A DNA stretch of 64,000 nt from Candidatus Tayloriibacteriota bacterium. GTDB lineage: Bacteria; Patescibacteriota; Minisyncoccia; Phycocordibacterales; UBA6065. The translations under genes and the position numbers were made by a program. The stretch is from contig JACRJQ010000007.1 in NCBI GenBank assembly GCA_016215405.1, forward strand, positions 150,298 through 214,297, read 5' to 3'. The notes under the pieces were generated by a model. That model was not told the DNA's origin and did no database searches. It saw only the letters and a list, made by a program, of their open reading frames with translations. Of this stretch, positions 20,600-29,086 are shown piece after piece. Within the stretch, counting starts at the first letter, position 1. Every line of letters begins with the position of its first letter.

Positions 20600-21810
20600 T
20601 AGATGTTGTTCGAAAGCGAATAAATCGGCGAGATGATCGCGAGCGCGAAGAATCCGACGCCGACGCCGATCGCGACCATGAGGAAAGGCTCGATTATGGA
20701 GGACATATCTTTGGTCTTCTGATCCACCTCGCCTTCATAGAAAGTCGCCACCTCGACGAGGACCTTCGAGAGAGATCCCGTCTCCTCGCCCACCCCGATC
20801 ATCTCTGCGACGAACGGCGGATAGATATCGCCTCGCGGCATGAAGAGCGATTGGAGGGTGGATCCCTTCTGGATACCTTCGGCCGTGCGGTTGAGCATGT
20901 TTTGATAATGGACGTTCTGGACGACCGAGGACGTTATGCGTATGGCGTGCACCACGTCGACTCCCGAAGAGAGGAGCGACGAGAGGGTACGGGCTGTGCG
21001 AGCTGAATTCACCTCCTTAGCGATAGTGCCTATCACAGGGAGCTTTATGACGAGCTTGCCGAAGAACCTCTTGCCGGAGGCCGATTTCCTAAAGAAGACG
21101 AAGGCGACGACGAAGGCGACGACGGCCGCGAGGAGCGACAGGTAATGGGCCTGCATGAGGTCGCTCGCTCCGATGATGAGCCTTGTCGCGAACGGAAGCT
21201 CGACGTTGAACTCCTTGAACGTCGATGTGAGCTTCGGCACGACGTATATGAACATAAGAACTCCGATCGCGACCATGAGGCAGAGGATGATAGCGGGGTA
21301 CATCATGGCGCCGCGGACCTTCTTTTGGAGCTGATAGGACTTCTCGAGCTGGTCCCCTACGATGGAGAGCGACCCCGAAAGGTTTCCCGACTCCTCGCCC
21401 GCTGCGACCATCGAAACGAAAAGAGGAGTGAACGTCTTCGGAAAGGCGGCGAGAGCCGAAGAGAATGCGGAGCCTTTGGCGAGCTCGGCCCCCAAAGCGA
21501 TGAATATAGGCTTCCAGGCCTTTGACGTCATCTGGCGCTCAAGGACCGAGAGAGCGCGAGCGAGCGGGAGCCCCGCCTTAAGCATCGCGGAAAGGTTCTT
21601 CGCGAACATGATCCTCTCGGCGGCTTTCGTGCCTCCGAACGATATGTCGAGGGCGCCTTTTAAGCCCCTCTTCGCCGATTTCTCTTTTACGGACAATACG
21701 GCTTCTCCTTGAGCGTGCAGCTCTTTATAGAGCGCGAACTTGTCCGGCGCCTCGAGCGTCCCTTCGTATTCCGTGCCGTCGCTTTTTTTCGCCTTGTATG
21801 AGAAAAGCAT
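20599..21810 (-). CDS. pilC: type IV pilus assembly platform protein PilC (GspF family)
   Basis: Two T2SSF repeats, three TM segments, GEESGNL / GEETGSL motifs; 403 aa. Confidence 0.9.
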   Translation of the reverse strand: MLFSYKAKKSDGTEYEGTLEAPDKFALYKELHAQGEAVLSVKEKSAKRGLKGALDISFGGTKAAERIMFAKNLSAMLKAGLPLARALSVLERQMTSKAWKPIFIALGAELAKGSAFSSALAAFPKTFTPLFVSMVAAGEESGNLSGSLSIVGDQLEKSYQLQKKVRGAMMYPAIILCLMVAIGVLMFIYVVPKLTSTFKEFNVELPFATRLIIGASDLMQAHYLSLLAAVVAFVVAFVFFRKSASGKRFFGKLVIKLPVIGTIAKEVNSARTARTLSSLLSSGVDVVHAIRITSSVVQNVHYQNMLNRTAEGIQKGSTLQSLFMPRGDIYPPFVAEMIGVGEETGSLSKVLVEVATFYEGEVDQKTKDMSSIIEPFLMVAIGVGVGFFALAIISPIYSLSNNI

Positions 21811-21894
21811 TTGCGAGTTTATTTCGTACTATTGTAGCATCCATTTTCCCGCCATTGCCCAAAGGAGTGGACATGTAATAGAGTTAGACGGCGT

Positions 21895-22509
21895 ATGCCC
21901 CAATACCTCGACCCTCAATTCCTCATAGAGACCCTCGGCTTCGTCGGCCTCGTCGCCATAGTCTTCGCCGAATCAGGCCTCTTTTTCGGGTTCTTCTTGC
22001 CGGGCGACTCCCTTCTTTTCACGGCAGGCCTCTTCGCCTCTCAAGGGCATCTCTCTATCGCCCCTCTCCTCGTGACGCTCGCGATCGCGGCGATAGCGGG
22101 AGACAGCGTGGGCTATATGTTCGGCAAGCGCGCGGGCCCCGCGATATTCCGAAAGGAGGATTCTTTATTCTTCCACAAGAAGCATGTCGCGCGGGCCAAA
22201 GCCTTTTATGACAGATACGGCGTAAAGACCATCGTCCTCGCCCGCTTCGTGCCCATCGTCCGCACGTTCGCCCCTATCGTCGCGGGGGTGGCCGGCATGG
22301 AATACAAGACCTTCCTAAAATTCAACATCGTCGGAGGCATCCTTTGGACGGCGAGCATGACGCTCCTAGGCTACGTCCTCGGCGCGACGGTGCCCGGAAT
22401 AGGCGACTATCTCGAATACATCATCGTGGGCATCATACTCCTCTCCTTCGTGCCCGTCGTAAGGGAATATCTTAAGGAAAGGAAGGCCTCGAACCGTTCG
22501 GAGCTGTAG
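21895..22509 (+). CDS. DedA-family (VTT/SNARE-associated domain) membrane protein
   Basis: FLPGDSLLFTAG...ARFVPIVRTFAPIVAGV DedA signature. Confidence 0.85.
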   Translation: MPQYLDPQFLIETLGFVGLVAIVFAESGLFFGFFLPGDSLLFTAGLFASQGHLSIAPLLVTLAIAAIAGDSVGYMFGKRAGPAIFRKEDSLFFHKKHVARAKAFYDRYGVKTIVLARFVPIVRTFAPIVAGVAGMEYKTFLKFNIVGGILWTASMTLLGYVLGATVPGIGDYLEYIIVGIILLSFVPVVREYLKERKASNRSEL

Positions 22510-22522
22510 TATACTTAGTGGC

Positions 22523-23626
22523 GTGAAAAGCGCTCCAGTCGCACATACGCCTGAGATAGCGAAGAAGTCGTGGCTCAAAGAGGCATTTCCCGTGCCAAGG
22601 CTTCTTTTGCCCTCCCCTGTCTCCATAGACGTCTCTGACGGCATCCTCCGATACATAGAATTCTCCCGCTCGCGAGGCGATCTCCGCCCGAAAGCGTTCG
22701 GAACGAGGCCGTTCCCCCGATTCCATGCGGGCGAAGGCGACGAGAAGGCGCGCGAAGAGGCGGTAAAAGCGCTTCAGGCGTGGTCGGTCGAAACGGGGCA
22801 CAAGTCGGTGCACGGCATCATACACGAAGACGAGACGTACGCCTTCAAGCTCACCCTCCCGATAGCGAGGAGAAGCGGCATCCGCGAGGCGATCGAATCG
22901 CTCCTCGAAGAGAACGTGCCGATCCCTCCTTCGGAGACGGTGTTCGAATACGACATCCTCAAAGAAGACTCGAAAATCAAGGAGACTCAGGTGGCGGTGG
23001 CAGCTATATCCGAGAAGTCCCTCAGAGAATACTTGGAGATATTCTCAGAAGCCGGCCTCTCGCTCATCTCGCTCGAGACCGAGTCGCGGGCGGCGGCGAA
23101 AGCCCTCTTCCCTAAAGGGGACGCAGGCGTGCATGCCGTCCTCTCGATCTCCCCGCGCCACTCGGTCGCCTTCGTCGTCATGCGCGGAGCGGTCGTGTTC
23201 AGCTCTTCGATCCCTGTCGGATCGATCGACCTCGACCGCGCCATCGCCAAGACTCTGGGCGTGACCGAGGGTGAGGCGGCGAAGCTTAAGGCGGAGAAGG
23301 CCGGTGGCGAGCACGAAGAGAGCGCGAAGCTTTTCGAGGCCATGCTCCCCGTCCTCTCGACTATCCGCGACGAGCTAGGCAAGGTCCTCGTATACTGGAA
23401 GACCCAAGGGAGGAAAGAGCGGGATTTCAAAGACATCGAGGACATCTGCCTCATCGGCAAAGACTCCGTGGTCGCAGGGTTCGCCCGCTACATATCCGTC
23501 ACGTCGAGGCTCCCCGCGAGGCAAGGGGACGTATGGACGAACGTCCTCTCCGCCGAGCTCTCCCTGCCGGACCTTCACCGCGACGACTCTCTCGACTACG
23601 CGGCGCTCATAGGAACACTCATCTAA
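22523..23626 (+). CDS. pilM: type IV pilus assembly ATPase-like protein PilM
   Basis: Actin-like fold; N-terminal LLLPSPVSIDVSDGILRYIEF; directly followed by pilN/pilO-like genes. Confidence 0.75.
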   Translation: MKSAPVAHTPEIAKKSWLKEAFPVPRLLLPSPVSIDVSDGILRYIEFSRSRGDLRPKAFGTRPFPRFHAGEGDEKAREEAVKALQAWSVETGHKSVHGIIHEDETYAFKLTLPIARRSGIREAIESLLEENVPIPPSETVFEYDILKEDSKIKETQVAVAAISEKSLREYLEIFSEAGLSLISLETESRAAAKALFPKGDAGVHAVLSISPRHSVAFVVMRGAVVFSSSIPVGSIDLDRAIAKTLGVTEGEAAKLKAEKAGGEHEESAKLFEAMLPVLSTIRDELGKVLVYWKTQGRKERDFKDIEDICLIGKDSVVAGFARYISVTSRLPARQGDVWTNVLSAELSLPDLHRDDSLDYAALIGTLI

Positions 23627-23630
23627 CCTT

Positions 23631-24164
23631 ATGTTCACTTTCCTCTTCGGCGAATACAGGCGAAAAGCGATACGCGGATACCGCGAGAGGCTCTTTCTCA
23701 TGTATCTCGGCATCGTCTCCGCCAGCCTGTTCGCTGCGTGCGCGCTCTTTATGCCGGCGTACCTCCTCTCGGCGGCGAAGCGCGACGCCATCCTCATCCC
23801 CGACGCGTCGCTTTCCGAAAAGGCCAAGACGGAGAGCAAGGCGATCGAGGGAGAGGTCAGAGCCCTCAAGGAGAAGCTCTCGTACGCAAAAGCCGACGCG
23901 GACGACATCGCCCTCTCAGCGGTCCTTGAACGCGTAGGAGCGAGGCGCGAGCCCGGCATATCGATAACGTCCGTCGCCTTGCGCCGCGGCGCGGAAAAGG
24001 GGGCGATCTCGATATCGGGGAGAGCCGCGACGCGAGACGCCCTCGTTTCGTTCTCGAAAAGCCTCCAAGGCGAGCCCTCCTTCGGCTCCGTCAATCTCCC
24101 CGTGTCGAGCCTCGCGAAATCGCGGGACATCCCCTTTTCGATCTCGATAGACTCGAAATTCTAA
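23631..24164 (+). CDS. PilN-like pilus assembly protein (single TM plus coiled coil)
   Basis: Size, TM topology and position directly after pilM. Confidence 0.5.
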   Translation: MFTFLFGEYRRKAIRGYRERLFLMYLGIVSASLFAACALFMPAYLLSAAKRDAILIPDASLSEKAKTESKAIEGEVRALKEKLSYAKADADDIALSAVLERVGARREPGISITSVALRRGAEKGAISISGRAATRDALVSFSKSLQGEPSFGSVNLPVSSLAKSRDIPFSISIDSKF

Positions 24165-24168
24165 ACGC

Positions 24169-24714
24169 ATGAAAGCCTCAAAAACAGCCATAACCATCCT
24201 CTCGATCCTCTGCTTAAGCCTCGCCTGCGGGTGGGCGTTCCTCGTCTACAAGGCGTATTCCTATAAAGCGGAGATAGCGGAAGCCTCCGTGGCCGCCAAA
24301 GAGCGGCTCGCCGAAAGCTCGTACCTCGCATCCTTGCGCTCTCTCATAAAAGAGGAAAAGGAGGACATAGAGGAGATCGAAGCGAGGTTCGTGCCCGAAG
24401 AAGAGCTTCCCGCATTCGTCGAATTCCTCGAAGAGAGCGCCGTCGACGCTGGGATAGAGGCGACCCTCGGCTCTTTGGGGCTCGCCGCCGCCGCAGAGGG
24501 GTCTTCGATAGCGCCCCTTTCGATAAGCATCTCCGCCAAGGGCCCGTGGGCGAGCATCGTCAGGTTCGTCTCGGCCCTCGACGCCCTTCCCTACGCCTCG
24601 AAGATCGAGAGCGTGTCGATGACGAAGATAGAATCCGCGACTCCCGAGAAAGGGGTCGTGGCGTGGAACGCGAGGATAGAGTTCGTGCAATACGTAGAGA
24701 AAGCGAAAAAATAA
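24169..24714 (+). CDS. PilO-like pilus assembly protein
   Basis: N-terminal TM, coiled coil, position after pilN. Confidence 0.45.
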   Translation: MKASKTAITILSILCLSLACGWAFLVYKAYSYKAEIAEASVAAKERLAESSYLASLRSLIKEEKEDIEEIEARFVPEEELPAFVEFLEESAVDAGIEATLGSLGLAAAAEGSSIAPLSISISAKGPWASIVRFVSALDALPYASKIESVSMTKIESATPEKGVVAWNARIEFVQYVEKAKK

Positions 24715-24718
24715 CCAC

Positions 24719-25021
24719 ATGAACGCCATAAGATCATATTTGAGCAGGGCAAGCGCGAGGCTTTCGAGGCTCGGAAAAGACCCCCAAACCGACTGGTACT
24801 TCGCCCTCGGCGCTTTCGCTCTCGCGTTGGGAGTCGTAGTTGCACTCGACGCCTACTTCGCATTCGACGTGACGCAGGTCGCCGAAGAGACGCAGGCGGA
24901 GACGAGGAAAGCCATCACTCTCGACAGAGACGCCCTCTCGGAAGAAGCGAAGAGGATACGCGAAGAATCGCAGACGAAAGCTCCGATTCCCGAAGCGGCC
25001 CTCAGAGACCCTTCTCTATAA
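24719..25021 (+). CDS. hypothetical single-TM protein (possibly pilus-associated)
   Basis: 100-aa ORF; 4 nt after the PilO-like gene. Confidence 0.35.
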   Translation: MNAIRSYLSRASARLSRLGKDPQTDWYFALGAFALALGVVVALDAYFAFDVTQVAEETQAETRKAITLDRDALSEEAKRIREESQTKAPIPEAALRDPSL

Positions 25022-25025
25022 AACT

Positions 25026-25098
25026 GTGTCCCCACGTGGAATCGAACCACGATCTCAGGCTCCGGAGGCCCGCACTCTATCCGTTGAGCTATGAGGAC
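25026..25098 (-). tRNA. tRNA-Arg (anticodon CCG)
   Basis: Cloverleaf: acceptor GTCCTCA/TGGGGAC, anticodon loop CUCCGGA, T-arm CGTGG-TTCGATT-CCACG. Confidence 0.85.
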
Positions 25099-25139
25099 GC
25101 TGCTTCATTTTAAACCTCTTTCCTGATATTCTCACTGCA

Positions 25140-25215
25140 CCCCTTGTAGTTCAATGGATCAGAACACCGGACTTCTAAGCCGGCTATGCAGGTTCGATTC
25201 CTGCCGAGGGGACCA
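25140..25215 (+). tRNA. tRNA-Arg (anticodon UCU), CCA encoded
   Basis: Acceptor CCCCTTG/CGAGGGG, D-arm GTTC...GAAC, anticodon loop CUUCUAA, T-arm GCAGG-TTCGATT-CCTGC, ACCA 3' end. Confidence 0.85.
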
Positions 25216-25260
25216 TATGAGAAAACCGCCGTACGGCGGTTTTCTCATATGGTCCCCTCG
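25205..25260. repeat. perfect 27-bp-arm palindrome that includes the tRNA-Arg(UCU) 3' acceptor/CCA end
   Basis: cgaggggaccatatgagaaaaccgccg-ta-cggcggttttctcatatggtcccctcg. Confidence 0.85.
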
Positions 25261-25303
25261 AAACGCCTCACGACGACCGACATATCTTTCGGACGCGCCT
25301 CCT

Positions 25304-25347
25304 CAGCGAAGCAGAAAGGCCCCTTGCGGGGCCTTTCTGCTTCGCTG
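25304..25347 (+). terminator. strong hairpin (20-bp perfect stem, ttgc loop)
   Basis: cagcgaagcagaaaggcccc-ttgc-ggggcctttctgcttcgctg; no clean U-tract, so it may be a structural or processing element rather than a classic terminator. Confidence 0.5.
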
Positions 25348-25587
25348 AGCTTCTTCTGACAAACTCGCTGCCGGAGTTCTGCGGCCCCGGCTCGCCCTAC
25401 GGGCTCATCGAACCAAAACGGCAAATGATACCTGCGCAACGAACCTTCTTAGCCTGAGAGGCCGCCCGTACCGCCTCCTCGGCTAAAGTCGAGAACGAAT
25501 ACCGATCTGCTTCCGTTTCTCCAGCGGACGACCGCTCCGCCTGACCCTATCGATACTACTCCCGAGACGGCGATTTCTTTCAGGGAC

Positions 25588-26085
25588 CTATCTCTCTATG
25601 GCCGCGCCGAGAGCGGTGCCAGCAAGTATGGCCAGCCCTCCGATGACGGCCGTCGTCATCCCCTTCCTCAGAGGCGATGTCGACGAGAGGCGCGCGTTCG
25701 CCACGCCGAGGACGAAGAGCGCTGAAAGAGAGACCGCGATCGACACGGGAAGCGCGAGAGAGCTCGCAAACAGGACGTATGGCAAGAGCACCACGAGGCC
25801 CGATACGAAATACGAGAAGAACATGACGATGGCCGACGCCACGGACCTGCGCAGAGGCAGAGATTTCCTCTCTTCGAATTCTTTAGCGCTATTCTCCGAC
25901 AAAAGGCCGCCCGCGCTCATAGAGAGCGCTTCGACGAATATAAGGATGATCCCCGTGAGGAGGATGGTCGGACGAGGCACCCCAGCGACGGCGATGCCCG
26001 ATATGAGGCCCACGGTCGAGACAAGGCTGTCTTCGACGCCGAAAGTGAAGCTTCGGACCGAATCTGAATTGATAAAGGTTTTCAT
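25588..26085 (-). CDS. VIT1/CCC1-family (DUF125) membrane protein
   Basis: Five TM topology with ...VEDSLVSTVGLISGIAVAG... motif. Confidence 0.65.
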   Translation of the reverse strand: MKTFINSDSVRSFTFGVEDSLVSTVGLISGIAVAGVPRPTILLTGIILIFVEALSMSAGGLLSENSAKEFEERKSLPLRRSVASAIVMFFSYFVSGLVVLLPYVLFASSLALPVSIAVSLSALFVLGVANARLSSTSPLRKGMTTAVIGGLAILAGTALGAAIER

Positions 26086-26093
26086 GGCTCTTT

Positions 26094-26573
26094 CTAGAGA
26101 TTCGCGAGCCAGAGCACCGCGAGGAAGATGAACACTCCCATATAAAGGAGCCTGTATGTCGCGTAGAAGAACAGGCGCTTTCTCTTTTCCGAAGAGTCGA
26201 GCGACCAGATCTCGGGATAGACGCCCTCTTCGGCGAAAGCGCCCCGCTCATAAAGGCCGAGGATCTTCTCTATCCTTACGGCGACCTTGTGCTGATCCTG
26301 AAACGTCTTGTCGAGGTCTTTGATGTAATGCTCTTTGAGTACGTAGAGCGCGAGAAGGACGAGCGCCGTAGCCGCCGCTCTCATATCGACGCCCACGAGA
26401 GACTCTCTCTGGACTATCCAACCCGACGCGACGATAAGGACTCCGAGTCCCCAGATCGCGACGCTCTGAGCCCTCTCGCGGACCGTGTGCATGGCCTTAT
26501 ACCTCTCGTCGAGCGCCCGTAAGAGCACCTGGACCTTCTCTGCTTCAGACAGGGCGATATGCTGATCTTTCAT
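26094..26573 (-). CDS. hypothetical membrane protein
   Basis: 159 aa, three predicted TM segments, no motif recognised. Confidence 0.4.
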   Translation of the reverse strand: MKDQHIALSEAEKVQVLLRALDERYKAMHTVRERAQSVAIWGLGVLIVASGWIVQRESLVGVDMRAAATALVLLALYVLKEHYIKDLDKTFQDQHKVAVRIEKILGLYERGAFAEEGVYPEIWSLDSSEKRKRLFFYATYRLLYMGVFIFLAVLWLANL

Positions 26574-26607
26574 GCCTTAAGTATACCTCGGCCGACGAGG
26601 CGGAAAT

Positions 26608-26793
26608 TCACCTCCTCCCCTGTCGGGGCACCTTCGCGCCCGCCCGCCGCGCCTCAGAGAGGCCTATCGCGATCGCCTGCTTCCTGTTTTTGACCCTCTT
26701 CCCGCTCCGGCCCGACTTCAATCTGCCGCGCTTGTATTCATGGACGGCTTTCTTCACTTTCTCTTGAGCTTTCGGTCCGTATCTTCGGGGCAT
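26608..26793 (-). CDS. small basic conserved-looking protein (KQAIAIGLSEARRAG motif)
   Basis: 61 aa, Lys/Arg-rich; family not confidently recognised. Confidence 0.35.
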   Translation of the reverse strand: MPRRYGPKAQEKVKKAVHEYKRGRLKSGRSGKRVKNRKQAIAIGLSEARRAGAKVPRQGRR

Positions 26794-26833
26794 ACGAGAC
26801 TAGTACGATCGAGCGCCGCGAACGGTTCGAGGC

Positions 26834-27358
26834 CTATGACCTCCTCGATATCTCCTCTCTCACGGCTCGCCTCCGGCGCAGCCTCTGTATCCCCCACATC
26901 GCGTAGGCAAACGCGATGAGTGCGAGATTTGTGAAGAATATCGAGGGCGTCGCCCAGCTCACGCCGTCGAAGCGGTAGATCGAGAGGGGCCAGAGAAAGG
27001 GCGTCGGAAAGAATTCCGTCGAGTGCGTGAATATGTCGACGGCTATGTGGAGAGGCCAGGCGAGCATGGGCCAGAACGGCTTCCTGAAAACGGCCCATGC
27101 GAGGGCGAAGACGGTGGCGAACACGACGAGGCTATGGGTGAGGTCGTAGAGCGAGCTTACATAGCCGGGGATCGAAGAGAGCTCGGGCCTGCCGAATCCG
27201 CCGCGTTCGAAGAGATTCGCGACCGTGAATATGCCGAAAGAGAAGAGGTCTGGCGATATGCCGAAAAGGGCGCTCCACCAGAAAGCTCTCTTATTCTTCC
27301 TTCCGAACGCGACTCCGCCCCAAAGCCCGTGAGAGATGATGTCCACGACAGACAGCAT
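26834..27358 (-). CDS. membrane-bound metal-dependent hydrolase (YdjM/DUF457-like)
   Basis: HGLWGG N-terminus, multiple His in TM helices; 174 aa. Confidence 0.55.
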   Translation of the reverse strand: MLSVVDIISHGLWGGVAFGRKNKRAFWWSALFGISPDLFSFGIFTVANLFERGGFGRPELSSIPGYVSSLYDLTHSLVVFATVFALAWAVFRKPFWPMLAWPLHIAVDIFTHSTEFFPTPFLWPLSIYRFDGVSWATPSIFFTNLALIAFAYAMWGIQRLRRRRAVREEISRRS

Positions 27359-27672
27359 AGCACGACAAAGGCTCCGCCTTGCACCCTCTTTGTAGCGATT
27401 AGGTTAGGAGCGATAATCATGTCATAAAACAATACGACGTATCCTTTGTCAAAAAATTAACGTACTATGTAAGGGAGTAAAACTATAGTGAAAGGCCAGA
27501 TCGGGCGATCATCTCCGACGGACGTTTAAGGAAAAAACCAAAAACCTTCCAGTCGAAAGCGCCTCCTCCGCCCCAGGACTGCCTTCTTTCTCTAGCGCCT
27601 CAAGCGCTTGCGGATAAAATCAGTTGCGACTTTTACCTCTTAAAAGCTAGCAAATCGGCTAAGAATATCTAT

Positions 27673-28044
27673 ATGACAAAGATCACGCAATCGGTCGGGC
27701 TTTCGGCGGGCTCATTCTTCAGGGCGCTCTTCCTCGCTCTCATCTTTATAGCGGCCCCTGCAGCGCATGCGGATACCAACATCCTCGCCGGCAACGACCT
27801 TACTGTCGGAGCTACAGGGCAAGGAGTGGTCGTCCTGCAAGGACTGCTCTCGGAGATGGGGTACTTGAATATCCCGTCGAGCGTCCCGATGGGCTACTTC
27901 GGATCGCTCACTAAGAGCGCGCTCGCTCGATACCAGACGTCTGAAAGCGTAAGCCCTGCCGTAGGCTACTTCGGGCCTGTGACCAAGATCAGGATGCATC
28001 AGCAGTTCGCGTCCCATAACTGGCTTACCATGATGGGTTGGTAG
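27673..28044 (+). CDS. secreted peptidoglycan-binding domain (PG_binding_1) protein
   Basis: Signal peptide; LQGLLSEMGYL...GYFGSLTKSALARYQ motif. Confidence 0.7.
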   Translation: MTKITQSVGLSAGSFFRALFLALIFIAAPAAHADTNILAGNDLTVGATGQGVVVLQGLLSEMGYLNIPSSVPMGYFGSLTKSALARYQTSESVSPAVGYFGPVTKIRMHQQFASHNWLTMMGW

Positions 28045-28065
28045 CCTAAGAACAGATGGAGCAAA

Positions 28066-28090
28066 TAAACCAGAGAAACCGCCGCGAGGG
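28066..28090 (+). terminator. rho-independent terminator
   Basis: aaaccgcc-gcga-gggcggtttttt. Confidence 0.7.
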
Positions 28091-28185
28091 CGGTTTTTTG
28101 CTTGCCTCACTGACGCACAAAGCACGGACACCAGTACAAAAAAGCCCGCCGCGTCGTGCGGGGGCTTCGGAAACCTGACGGATCG

Positions 28186-28965
28186 TTACCTCGTCCTCTG
28201 CAGGACGTAGGGGTGCTCCATATCGTGGTGCAGATAATGCGGCCCGCAATTGCATGGCCGTTTGCCGCACCGATAATGCGGCCCCGAATACTTCTCGGAA
28301 AGGACCGTATCGAGATCGACCTCGAGCATTCCCGAGATCACCAAGATCCACGAGAACACGTCGGCGAGCTCGTGCGAGACGCTTTTGCGCATGGCTTCGA
28401 GTTTCATACCGTGCCGGTGGATGTCGAGGAGCTGGGCGCTCGACGTCTCGCCGATCTCCTCATACAGGCGACCGATGACGAATTGCATCCCGTTCTTCCG
28501 GTTGCCTTCGCCATAGACCGCCATCAGATTCGCGGCCCAGTCGTTTGCAGACCAGGCGAGCTGAATGGGGTCGGGAGGGGCGAGGACGATGTCTTTCCTC
28601 TTTTCGATGTGGCAGGCGCAGACGGGCTCTCCGCAATACGCACAGCGGCCCGGCGGGAACTTCTCCCGCATCGCATCGACGACGGGAAGGTCCCTGAATT
28701 CGTCGGCGACGGCGCACGTCCAGCTGAAGAGGCTCGCGAGAGAGCTTTCGAGATTGGGCTTAGAGGACTTCTTGCGCACATGCTTCGCGAAGATCCTAGC
28801 CGCTTCGAGGAGGAAGAAAAGGCGCTGGCCCTTGAGATACATAGCGTTGCGCTGGCCAAAGAGCCCGCGCAGATCGTCAATCTGGCTTTGGAGGTTCATG
28901 GTAGGTTTTGGGTTCTGCGACCACCCTACTCCAACACCACGAGGAAGTAAATCGAAGAGGATCAC
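28186..28965 (-). CDS. MazG-like nucleotide pyrophosphohydrolase domain protein with Cys-rich inserts
   Basis: ELADVFSWILVISGMLEVDLDTVLSEKY resembles the MazG EExxD/E helix; CxxC...CxC and CxxxxCxC clusters. The start may be the internal MNLQSQ. Confidence 0.45.
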   Translation of the reverse strand: MILFDLLPRGVGVGWSQNPKPTMNLQSQIDDLRGLFGQRNAMYLKGQRLFFLLEAARIFAKHVRKKSSKPNLESSLASLFSWTCAVADEFRDLPVVDAMREKFPPGRCAYCGEPVCACHIEKRKDIVLAPPDPIQLAWSANDWAANLMAVYGEGNRKNGMQFVIGRLYEEIGETSSAQLLDIHRHGMKLEAMRKSVSHELADVFSWILVISGMLEVDLDTVLSEKYSGPHYRCGKRPCNCGPHYLHHDMEHPYVLQRTR

Positions 28966-28971
28966 ATAAGA

Positions 28972-28992
28972 AAACCGCCTTTCGGCGGCTTC
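28972..28992 (-). terminator. candidate terminator downstream of the SIR2 gene
   Basis: On the minus strand gccgcc-gaaa-ggcggt followed by TTTCTT; weak. Confidence 0.4.
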
Positions 28993-29086
28993 TCATTTTG
29001 GGTGCCGTCGTGGCGGGAATTAGAAATAGAATGAGGTTTGAAAATCCAGCCATTCCCTCTCTTAAATGAAATAATTGAACCTCGTC

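Noticed and set aside
25245-25439. 64-aa minus-strand ORF in the tRNA-Arg downstream spacer
   Set aside because: It spans the two strong hairpins, is Arg/Pro-rich with no start context, and is probably non-coding structured DNA.
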